DNA of 64,000 nucleotides, taken from IMG/VR virus record IMGVR_UViG_3300042298_001940. One strand, given 5' to 3'. Positions 56,066 through 64,000 of this stretch are shown piece after piece. This DNA is from an uncultured virus (IMG/VR IMGVR_UViG_3300042298_001940) (lineage: Duplodnaviria > Heunggongvirae > Uroviricota > Caudoviricetes). Under the pieces are notes generated by a model. That model ran no database searches. It was not told the origin of the DNA and saw only the letters and a list, made by a program, of their open reading frames with translations. Positions within the stretch are counted from its first letter, which is position 1; each line of letters opens with the position of its first letter. The translations under genes were made by a program, and so were the position numbers.

Positions 56066-56701
56066 ATGGTAATTGTTGAATACATTGATCACATGGGAAC
56101 AGACGAGGATGTGTGCGATGCAGCACGGGTATCTATGAACAAGTCGGCTGATCTGTTCACAGTAAATCAAAACTACAAGTTGATTGAGTATCTAGCCAAG
56201 CACAACCACTGGAGTCCATTTGCCCACGTCACCGTAAAGATGCGCTTCCGCGCTCCCATCTTTATTGCTAGGCAGTTGGCCAAGCATCAAGTTGGCTTTG
56301 CGTGGAACGAAGTAAGCAGACGATACGTCAAGAATGAACCCGAGTTCTGGTGGACAAACCAGTTCAGAAATTCTGCCGAAAACATCAAGCAAGGTTCTTC
56401 TTCAGAGATTAACAGATCTGCCGACGACTTTGCCTCTAGTCTCAGGTTTATCAACAACTATACGAGAACATTGTATGAGAACGCGGTAAGCAGCGGCATC
56501 TGTCCTGAACAGGCAAGAGCCATTCTTCCCCAGTCAATGATGACCGAGTGGATCTGGACTGGTTCTCTGTACGGTTGGTCAAGAATGTACGCACTTAGGG
56601 CTGATCCGCATACCCAGAAAGAGACGCAGGAATATGCACACCGAGTCGGAGAGATCTGTTCTAAGTACTTCCCAATAAGCTGGAGTGCCCTGACATCATG
56701 A
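56066..56701 (+). CDS. thyX: flavin-dependent thymidylate synthase
   Basis: AARVS, HWSPF, APIFIARQL.KHQ, NEVSRRY, PEQAR.ILP. Confidence 0.95.
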   Translation: MVIVEYIDHMGTDEDVCDAARVSMNKSADLFTVNQNYKLIEYLAKHNHWSPFAHVTVKMRFRAPIFIARQLAKHQVGFAWNEVSRRYVKNEPEFWWTNQFRNSAENIKQGSSSEINRSADDFASSLRFINNYTRTLYENAVSSGICPEQARAILPQSMMTEWIWTGSLYGWSRMYALRADPHTQKETQEYAHRVGEICSKYFPISWSALTS

Positions 56702-56877
56702 ACTATACCCCAGAAGAAGTAGTGGTTTTGCTGGAAAACGCAATTGAATTTAACCAACATGAAAAATACCATGCTGGATACACAGCCAAGGAACTGCATA
56801 CCATGGCCTACAAGGTCATCAAGGATATGCTAAAAGAAAGGAACAGTAAGAATGACAAGTCGCGTTACGACCTCTAA
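56698..56877 (+). CDS. hypothetical protein (59 aa)
   Basis: ATGA coupling to thyX; fills the gap before the primase-helicase. Confidence 0.5.
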   Translation: MNYTPEEVVVLLENAIEFNQHEKYHAGYTAKELHTMAYKVIKDMLKERNSKNDKSRYDL

Positions 56878-58561
56878 AAGATGTCCAAAATGTGCGGCTA
56901 ATGGAGGCGACACATCTGGTGACAACCTAAAGGTATATGACGATGGTCATGCGTATTGTTTTGCTTGCAATTTTTATGTGAAAGGAAACCAACCAACCAT
57001 GGTTGAAGAAACTAGCTCGGTGTTCGCTACGGAGTCATTTAGACAAGGAACCATCAAGGAGTTGCCGCATAGGCGGATTACAGAAGACACGGCCAAGCAT
57101 TACGGCTATGCCACTGGAATCAATAACTCCGAGATTGAAAACTTCTATGGACCAGACGGAAAGATCCAAGCCCAGCATATTCGTTATGATGGCAAGAAGT
57201 TTGCGTGGATCGGAAACACAGACAATCTTCCGTTGTTTGGTCAGCATCTTTTCAGTGCTGGCGGCAAGCGTCTACTGATTACAGAAGGCGCGATTGACTG
57301 CTTGACAATGTCTCAGGTGTTTGGCAACAAGTACCCAGTTGTGTCGATCCCCAATGGAGTAAGCTCTGCTGTTCGTGCAATCAAGGACAACTACGAGTTT
57401 GTCTCTTCCTTTGAGACAATCGTTCTCTGCTTTGACATGGACGATCCTGGTCAAAAGGCTGTTCGGGATGTGGCTGAGATCCTTCCTGCTGGCAAGGTAA
57501 AGATCATGTCCCTGCCGCGAAAGGATCCAAATGAGATGCTTGTACACGCGGAGCAGACCGCCCTTGTTCAGGCATACTGGAATGCAAAAGGCTACAGTCC
57601 AGACTCCATTCTCCATGTGAGTGAAATCGTTGGCTCGGAGAACACGGAAAAGAATCTTGATGTCTTCGAGTATCCTTGGGATAGCCTGACTACATTCATG
57701 ATCGGGCAGGATAAGCGGCGGCTTAATCTTTGGACAAGCGCCACGGGTCACGGCAAGTCCACTATCATCAGAGAGCTTGTGTCCGATCACCTCAATGCTG
57801 GTCGTGCCGTAGGTGGCGTCTTCCTTGAAGAGTCCCCAGAACAAACCGTAGACGACCTTATCTCCCTTAAGATCGGCAAGCCAGTGTCAAAGATCAAAGC
57901 CCAGCGAATCCTCAATGAACTCAGGTCAAAGAAAGGCAAGAGCCTGATTGACGAGGTAAACGACACGCTAACCGAAGAAGAATACAACACTGCCAAGGCA
58001 GAAATTAGTTCCAAACCACTGTATCTATATGACCACATCGGCAATGCAAACATTAACAACATCATCAACAGGCTTGAGTACATGGCTATGGGTCTTGATT
58101 GTCAGGTCATTTTCCTTGATCACATCACCCTTCTTGGCAATATGCTGCTGTCCAGTGGATCTGATTTTGGTAATGATGAGCGTCTGGTTCTTGACTCTGT
58201 CATGAAGAAACTAAGAGAGATCATCGAAAGAACCAATGTAACAATCCATGTGATTGCCCATATCAAGAAGACCGATAAGAATGTTGACGAGGGTGATCGA
58301 ATCTCCCTCAGTGATCTTCGTGGTTCTGGTTCTCTTGGTCAGATCTCAGACAATGTGTTTGCCCTTGAGCGCAATGCCCAGCACCCAGACCCGTTGATCA
58401 GAAACACAACCAACCTAAGGTGTCTTAAGAATCGTCGTGGTGGCCGAAGAGGCATCGCTTCTGCCCTATGGTATAACGAGCAGACCAGCAAGCTTGTCGA
58501 GGTGCCGTTTACCATTACCCCTGAAAACGAAGTATTGTACAGACACGAACTTGTAATGTAA
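56852..58561 (+). CDS. DNA primase/helicase (T7 gp4-like)
   Basis: CPKC...CFAC Zn finger, TOPRIM ITEGAID and FDMD, Walker A TGHGKST, LRGSGSL. Confidence 0.97.
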   Translation: MTSRVTTSKRCPKCAANGGDTSGDNLKVYDDGHAYCFACNFYVKGNQPTMVEETSSVFATESFRQGTIKELPHRRITEDTAKHYGYATGINNSEIENFYGPDGKIQAQHIRYDGKKFAWIGNTDNLPLFGQHLFSAGGKRLLITEGAIDCLTMSQVFGNKYPVVSIPNGVSSAVRAIKDNYEFVSSFETIVLCFDMDDPGQKAVRDVAEILPAGKVKIMSLPRKDPNEMLVHAEQTALVQAYWNAKGYSPDSILHVSEIVGSENTEKNLDVFEYPWDSLTTFMIGQDKRRLNLWTSATGHGKSTIIRELVSDHLNAGRAVGGVFLEESPEQTVDDLISLKIGKPVSKIKAQRILNELRSKKGKSLIDEVNDTLTEEEYNTAKAEISSKPLYLYDHIGNANINNIINRLEYMAMGLDCQVIFLDHITLLGNMLLSSGSDFGNDERLVLDSVMKKLREIIERTNVTIHVIAHIKKTDKNVDEGDRISLSDLRGSGSLGQISDNVFALERNAQHPDPLIRNTTNLRCLKNRRGGRRGIASALWYNEQTSKLVEVPFTITPENEVLYRHELVM

Positions 58562-58570
58562 GGAAACTGG

Positions 58571-60286
58571 ATGAAAACATATGCCTTTGACATAGAAGCC
58601 AATGGCCTTCATGAAATCATCAAGGACAAGAAAGGCTATAAAAAGGAATTTGACACCATCTGGTGTCTTTCTCTTGTCGATGTAGACACGGGAGAATCCC
58701 TGTTGTTTGAACGAGACAACATCTCCTATGGTGTGAAGATTCTAGAGGAAGCCGATATCATTGTCGGTCATAACATCTATGGATTTGATCTTCCTGCGCT
58801 GATTAGGAAGTTCAACCTAAAGATCAAGGATCCATTCACAAATGTAGTCGATACCCTTATCCTCAGCCGTCTTATCTATGGAGATGATCCGCCAACCAAG
58901 GATAATAGCCATTCATTGGAAGCCTGGGGTGAGTTTCTTGGGAACAAGAAGGACAATTACACCAATGGATGGGATGAATACACCAATGAAATGGGTAACT
59001 ATTGCGTCCAGGATTCAAGGGTAACCAAAGATCTATATCATTTCTTGGTGAAGGAAGCAAAGAAAAAAAACCTAAGCCAGCAAGCAATGCGTCTTGAACA
59101 TGTCGTTGCAAACATAGTAATGGGTCAGGTCGAGAATGGATTTGCCTTTGATGTGGATGCGGCTGAAAAGCTAGTCATGGAGTTACAGTATGAGATTTGT
59201 AAGATCAACGACGAAATGCAAAAAACATTCCAACCAATCGTCACTCCTCGATATCATAAGACAACTGGAAAACCCCTCAAGGACAAAATCGAAGTCTTCA
59301 ACCCAGGAAGTAGACAACAAATTGCAAAGAGGTTGTTTGAAAAGTATGGGTGGGAAGCAACCGAGACCGAAAAGGGAAACCCAAAAGTCGATTATGAGGT
59401 TCTATCTAAGCTAGAGTTTCCAGAAGCAAAGATCCTTTGCGAGTATTTCGACAAGGAAAAACTCAAGTCTCAGGTGGAAGACTGGATCAATAGAGCCAAT
59501 CTTTCTAGAGATAGTCGTGTCCATGGTCTTGTAAACACTCTGGGTGCCGTAACTGGTCGCATGTCCGCAAGAGAACCAAACCTACAGAATGTCCATTCGG
59601 ATCCAAGAGCAAGGGCTTGTTTTGTCGCAAGCAAAGGAAAGAAAATCGTAGGTGCAGACCTAAAGGGTCTGGAACTACGGATGCTTGCCCATTATCTATT
59701 CCAATACGATGGTGGTACATATGTCAAGGAAGTAACCCAAGGCGATGTACATGTCCTTAACCAGAAAGCCATGGGCGTTGATTCTAGAAACACAGCAAAG
59801 ACAGGCATCTATTGCTATCTGTACGGTGGTGGCGATGCCAAGTTTGCCAAGACAATCAGTGTATCTGAACACAAGGCACGAAAAGTCAAGGAAAACCTGA
59901 CAAACAACATCGTCGGATTAAAGAAAGTGGTTGAAAACTGCAAGTTTGATGCCATTGCAAACGGCTTTGTAAGGCCGTTTGACTGGAGACCCGTATATGT
60001 AAGAAAGCAACACGCTGCCTTGAACACTTTGCTGCAATCTTCTGGTGCTCATATTGCAAAGGCGTGGTTGTGCATTGCCGATACAAATCTAAGAAATTCA
60101 AAACTACCTTATAGATGGTTGGCAAATGTTCATGACGAAGTTCAGGTAGAGACTGATTCAGAACACGCGGAAGAAATCGGTAAGATTATCTGCAAGGCTG
60201 CTACAATTGCTGGTGAATACTTCAAGTGTAGCTGCCCCATCGAAGCAGAATACAAAGTAGGAAACAACTGGTCGGAGACACACTAA
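58571..60286 (+). CDS. family A DNA polymerase (T7 gp5-like)
   Basis: FDIEANG exonuclease, TGRMS...PNLQ, ADLKGLELR, RNTAKTGIY..LYG, VHDE. Confidence 0.97.
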   Translation: MKTYAFDIEANGLHEIIKDKKGYKKEFDTIWCLSLVDVDTGESLLFERDNISYGVKILEEADIIVGHNIYGFDLPALIRKFNLKIKDPFTNVVDTLILSRLIYGDDPPTKDNSHSLEAWGEFLGNKKDNYTNGWDEYTNEMGNYCVQDSRVTKDLYHFLVKEAKKKNLSQQAMRLEHVVANIVMGQVENGFAFDVDAAEKLVMELQYEICKINDEMQKTFQPIVTPRYHKTTGKPLKDKIEVFNPGSRQQIAKRLFEKYGWEATETEKGNPKVDYEVLSKLEFPEAKILCEYFDKEKLKSQVEDWINRANLSRDSRVHGLVNTLGAVTGRMSAREPNLQNVHSDPRARACFVASKGKKIVGADLKGLELRMLAHYLFQYDGGTYVKEVTQGDVHVLNQKAMGVDSRNTAKTGIYCYLYGGGDAKFAKTISVSEHKARKVKENLTNNIVGLKKVVENCKFDAIANGFVRPFDWRPVYVRKQHAALNTLLQSSGAHIAKAWLCIADTNLRNSKLPYRWLANVHDEVQVETDSEHAEEIGKIICKAATIAGEYFKCSCPIEAEYKVGNNWSETH

Positions 60287-60507
60287 TGCCAAGAGATTAC
60301 AAAGATGAGTACAAGAAGTTCCAATCCTCGGAAAAATCAAAGAAAGACCGAGCGCACCGTAACAAGGTTCGCCGCGAAGCCCTGAGAAAAGGTCGTGTAA
60401 AGAAAGGTGATGGCAAAGACATCGATCACAAAGATGGAAATCCTAGAAACAATAGTAGATCTAATCTTCGTGTAGTTTCCAAGTCAACCAACAGGGCAAA
60501 GAGATGA
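60286..60507 (+). CDS. small HNH endonuclease-like protein
   Basis: RDYK.EY...GDGKDIDHKDGNPRNN..SNLR. Confidence 0.85.
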   Translation: MPRDYKDEYKKFQSSEKSKKDRAHRNKVRREALRKGRVKKGDGKDIDHKDGNPRNNSRSNLRVVSKSTNRAKR

Positions 60508-60716
60508 ACTCTGTTTTGTTTATGAAACAGATAACCGACTTTATAGCAAAGCATTCGGACCATCCAATGATTGTTGAGTACAATAAAGGTAACATTGGAC
60601 TTGGGTATATCATTAGAAACTGGGACAAACTACAAAATGAGACTAATTCAAATCTCTGGGATTGGAAGAGTTGGGAAAACAACCCTAGCTCATATGGTGT
60701 GCAAAGAAGCATTTGA
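60504..60716 (+). CDS. hypothetical protein
   Basis: ATGA coupling; overlaps the next gene. Confidence 0.45.
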   Translation: MNSVLFMKQITDFIAKHSDHPMIVEYNKGNIGLGYIIRNWDKLQNETNSNLWDWKSWENNPSSYGVQRSI

Positions 60717-61278
60717 ACTTGGATATAGACCAGTCATTATTCCTTTTGCGGATGCGATTAAGAAAGCCGCTGCCAAAAAAGGATTAACCAAGGAATCCAA
60801 TAGCGAAGAGTACAGAAAGTTTTGCCAGAAGATTGGGGCTAGCAAGAGAAAGAAAAACCCAGATCACTGGGTGGATGAAACGGAAAAGGCAATCCTTGAG
60901 TACATGGAAAAGGAAGTAAACAATAAACGCAAACTGCTCACTAACTGGGAGTATGTTATCGTGCAGGACGATGTTCGATACATGAACGAACTTGCCTTTG
61001 GCCGCAAGCTAGCCGCTATCCAGTTGTTTATCTATGCTGGTGATCGGAAAATACCAGAACACGACGCAGAATGGAGAACACATGAATCGGAAACCCTGGC
61101 TAACCAAGTGTCGGCTTTTATGGGCATGGCTAACTCTGAGTACGACGATCTTTATGATGCCGTTTTGTACAACTCGGGAACAATAAAGGACCTTGAGGAA
61201 ATGGTCAAGAACAATGTTCAGGACTGGCTTAATTCGTCTTGGATCGAACTAGAGGAAGACAATGGAAGCAATACTTGA
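60637..61278 (+). CDS. deoxynucleoside monophosphate kinase-like P-loop protein
   Basis: ISGIGRVGKTT, FAD.IK, DDVRY.NE, HESE. Confidence 0.85.
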   Translation: MRLIQISGIGRVGKTTLAHMVCKEAFELGYRPVIIPFADAIKKAAAKKGLTKESNSEEYRKFCQKIGASKRKKNPDHWVDETEKAILEYMEKEVNNKRKLLTNWEYVIVQDDVRYMNELAFGRKLAAIQLFIYAGDRKIPEHDAEWRTHESETLANQVSAFMGMANSEYDDLYDAVLYNSGTIKDLEEMVKNNVQDWLNSSWIELEEDNGSNT

Positions 61279-62038
61279 CGGAGATATCATAGCCTATAGG
61301 GCTGCGTTCTGGGCTGATGTGGAGGGTGTTGACGAGCTGCCCCACAGGATCAAGAAAGACATAGAACTATGGACACCCAAGGGTTCTACAAATGTTATTG
61401 TTGCCATGTCTTGTCCTCGTTCCGATAACTTTAGGCGAGACTTCTGGCCTAGATACAAGCAGCACAGGGATGACTTTAAATCCCCAGACTCCATGAAGGT
61501 TGCCCTAGAGTGCATTTACAACACCTGCACAACACGTTGTGTTGCCAGACTGGAGGCGGATGACCTTATTGGCATGCTTGTCAGCTCTGGCAGGGCAATT
61601 GGCGTGACGGTTGACAAAGACCTTAGGCAGATTCCTGGGATTCATTGGAACCCAGATAAGGAACCAGAGCCTGTTACAATATCCCAAGAAGACGCTGATT
61701 TTTACTTTTATCAACAGTGGATGACTGGGGATACTACCGATAACATCTGGGGTTTGTGGAAGATTGGTCCAGCTAAGGCCAAAAAACTTCTTATGCTAAA
61801 GCCAAGAGAAGCTTGGGATTCAATTATCATGGCAATGTACCAGGACGAAGACTGGTCCAAAAGACCAGAAGAAAAGCGTCCATTGGAAATGTACAGGGAA
61901 GAGTTTGCCCTGTCCCAAGCACGGTGCGTAAGAATTCTAAGGAATGGGGATTACAACAAAGAAACAGGGGAGATTAAGTTATGGACCCCTAATAACAATG
62001 TAATTAGAGACATTTTGGAGAACAAGGATGAGCAATAA
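61262..62038 (+). CDS. 5'-3' exonuclease (T7 gp6-like)
   Basis: LDGDI.AY, NFR, LEADD, DKDL.QIPG, GDTTDNI.G...IGP. Confidence 0.93.
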   Translation: MEAILDGDIIAYRAAFWADVEGVDELPHRIKKDIELWTPKGSTNVIVAMSCPRSDNFRRDFWPRYKQHRDDFKSPDSMKVALECIYNTCTTRCVARLEADDLIGMLVSSGRAIGVTVDKDLRQIPGIHWNPDKEPEPVTISQEDADFYFYQQWMTGDTTDNIWGLWKIGPAKAKKLLMLKPREAWDSIIMAMYQDEDWSKRPEEKRPLEMYREEFALSQARCVRILRNGDYNKETGEIKLWTPNNNVIRDILENKDEQ

Positions 62039-63941
62039 ACTACTAAATGAAGTCGTGGCGGTCGATAAGTATTGCAGGTGGCGGGATGACCTAGGTCGAA
62101 GAGAGACCTGGCATGAGGCCGTTGACCGTTATTTTGGTTATTTAATCAATAGGTTTAACCTTAAGAAACTACCTGTTGAAGCTCAGAAAGCCCTGCATGA
62201 TGCCAGAAATCTTATGTACAACAAGGAGATTTTTGGTTCCATGCGGGCACTCTGGTCTGCTGGTCCAGCCCTTGACCGTGACGATGTGTGTGCCTATAAC
62301 TGTGCTTACATGCCAACCAAGTCATTCCTAGACTTTCAGTGCGCCATGTACATTCTTTCCTGCGGTACTGGTAATGGTTTCTCGGTAGAGGGTAAGTATG
62401 TCTATCAGCTACCAGACCTACCCAAGCACCTGGATTATTCTGGTGTTATTGTAGTAGAAGACTCCAAGGAAGGATGGGCTGGCGCTCTTCGTCAGTTCTT
62501 GGATAGCGTATTCAACGGTGTCGTGCCTGTCGTAGATGCTTCTAAAGTTCGTCCCAAGGGAGCAAGACTAAAGACATTTGGCGGCAGAGCCAGTGGTCCT
62601 GAGCCATTTATCAGGCTTATTGATTTCATTACTAAGACCGTAGAAAGAGAAATGAAAGAAGGACATACCAAGCTTACCCGTGTAAGCGCCCATAAAATTC
62701 ACTGCATGATTGCAGATGTTATCGTATGTGGTGGTGTCCGTAGGTCTGCCGAGATTTCTCTCAGTGATCTTGAAGATGATCAGATGGCTGCGGTAAAGTC
62801 TGGTAACTGGTGTGACAAGGAGTTGTTCTTGTCCAACAGCAACAACTCGGCTGTCTACGAGCAGAAGCCCAGCATGTCTACCTTCCTCAAGGAGTGGTCT
62901 TCGTTGTACAATTCATTCAGCGGAGAGCGTGGTATCTGCAACCGTCAGGCCATGAAGACAATTGCCAAGGCAGTTGGTCGTGATGACTCGTATGATTTTG
63001 GTACAAACCCATGCAGCGAGATCATCCTACGTCCTTATCAGTTCTGCAATCTTTCTACAATTGTAGTCAGAGAAGACGATACCCCTGTTACCTTGATCAA
63101 AAAGATCACGGCAGCCACCATCCTTGGTACTCTCCAGAGTGCAATGACAAACTTCACATATTTTGAAAAGATCGGGGCAACGGACTGGAAGAAAAACTGT
63201 GAAGAAGAACGTCTACTTGGCGTGTCCATGACTGGTATTTTTTCCAACAATCTAATGAATGGTGGTCATGGTGCAGAGGAATTGCAAAAGATTCTTACAG
63301 CACTGAGATCGGTTACAAAAGTTGTGAACGCGGAGTGGGCCGAATACATCGGGATCAACCCATCCAAGTCAATCACCTGTGTCAAGCCAGAAGGAACTAC
63401 ATCCAGTGTTGCTGGGTGTCCGTCTGGCATCCACCCAGAGTACGCTCCTTACTTTATTCGTCGCGTTCAGTTCAGCAAGAACGAACCAATTACCCAGTTC
63501 TTGATGGATCAGAACGTACCATGGGAAACCTTGAATGGCAAGCCAGATATGGTTGTCTTTGAGTTTCCCTGCAAGGGTCAAGGTGTCACGGCAGACCAAG
63601 TCGATGCCATCGGTCAGCTCAACCTGTGGCTTGCATACCAGCTTTGGTACTGCGACCACAAACCAAGCATCACCGTTTACTATAGAGACAACGAGTTTAT
63701 GCGGGTCGGTGACTGGGTCTGGAATCATTGGGATCTTGTTTCTGGTGTTGCATTCCTGCCAAAGGATGACAATGTCTATACGCAAACTCCCTTTGAAAAA
63801 ATCTCGGAAGAAAGGTATAACGAGCTCATGACGAAGATGCCAAAGGAAATCAATTGGAGTCTTTTGTCTTTGTATGAGGTAGAAGACAATACCACTGGAT
63901 CTCAAGAATTCGCCTGTGTTGGGGATTCCTGTAAAATCTAG
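62028..63941 (+). CDS. nrdJ: class II (adenosylcobalamin-dependent) ribonucleotide reductase
   Basis: RRETW.E.V.R, YNC, GGVRRSA, GTNPCSEI, FCNL, TCVKPEGT and a C-terminal C....C pair; no beta subunit seen. Confidence 0.93.
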   Translation: MSNKLLNEVVAVDKYCRWRDDLGRRETWHEAVDRYFGYLINRFNLKKLPVEAQKALHDARNLMYNKEIFGSMRALWSAGPALDRDDVCAYNCAYMPTKSFLDFQCAMYILSCGTGNGFSVEGKYVYQLPDLPKHLDYSGVIVVEDSKEGWAGALRQFLDSVFNGVVPVVDASKVRPKGARLKTFGGRASGPEPFIRLIDFITKTVEREMKEGHTKLTRVSAHKIHCMIADVIVCGGVRRSAEISLSDLEDDQMAAVKSGNWCDKELFLSNSNNSAVYEQKPSMSTFLKEWSSLYNSFSGERGICNRQAMKTIAKAVGRDDSYDFGTNPCSEIILRPYQFCNLSTIVVREDDTPVTLIKKITAATILGTLQSAMTNFTYFEKIGATDWKKNCEEERLLGVSMTGIFSNNLMNGGHGAEELQKILTALRSVTKVVNAEWAEYIGINPSKSITCVKPEGTTSSVAGCPSGIHPEYAPYFIRRVQFSKNEPITQFLMDQNVPWETLNGKPDMVVFEFPCKGQGVTADQVDAIGQLNLWLAYQLWYCDHKPSITVYYRDNEFMRVGDWVWNHWDLVSGVAFLPKDDNVYTQTPFEKISEERYNELMTKMPKEINWSLLSLYEVEDNTTGSQEFACVGDSCKI

Positions 63942-63949
63942 GAGTCGCC

Positions 63950-64000
63950 ATGTCTCAGTACTTTATTGAAACAGAGTATGATCTTGATCTTGTCACGGCA
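63950..64000 (+). CDS. start of a gene truncated by the window edge
   Basis: AGGAG RBS, ATG 63950, open to the end. Confidence 0.5.
   Translation, partial: MSQYFIETEYDLDLVTA

Noticed and set aside
60286..60507. Mobile intron or homing element in the DNA polymerase
   Set aside because: The polymerase ORF is uninterrupted; the small HNH is a free-standing gene.
1..64000. Integrase, transposase, reverse transcriptase/DGR or stop-codon recoding
   Set aside because: No such motifs were recognised; long genes are intact in the standard code and no suppressor tRNA was seen.

Overview
The window is most of the genome of a large lytic T7-like podovirus (Autographiviridae-type). Every credible gene is on the + strand, and the sequence is apparently circularly permuted, with the likely genome end/start junction near 33.6 kb. 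1-33.6 kb is the virion module: scaffold, major capsid, tail tubular A/B, tail fibre, lysis-type membrane genes, terminase, then three internal virion proteins and a 4046-aa giant protein. 33.7-37.6 kb is a GC-rich 'first-injected' block with a compact (~599 aa) single-subunit RNA polymerase, repeated hairpin elements and a CCCTTCGGG array. 37.6-38.5 kb is a ~950-nt hairpin-dense non-coding region, a candidate large structured RNA. 38.5-47.2 kb holds many small accessory genes, including seven paralogues of one CCLGVL family. 47.8-64 kb holds a canonical T7-type RNAP, replication and nucleotide genes (SSB, RusA, ThyX, primase-helicase, PolA, exonuclease, class II RNR) and tRNAs. The headline inference is that the phage appears to encode three different single-subunit RNA polymerases: an N4-vRNAP-like core inside the giant virion protein (fused to an intact DEDDy exonuclease), a compact early RNAP and a T7-type RNAP. 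This suggests a three-tier phage-encoded transcription cascade. No portal or endolysin gene was recognised; they are probably outside the window. All calls come from reading motifs by eye; no searches were run.
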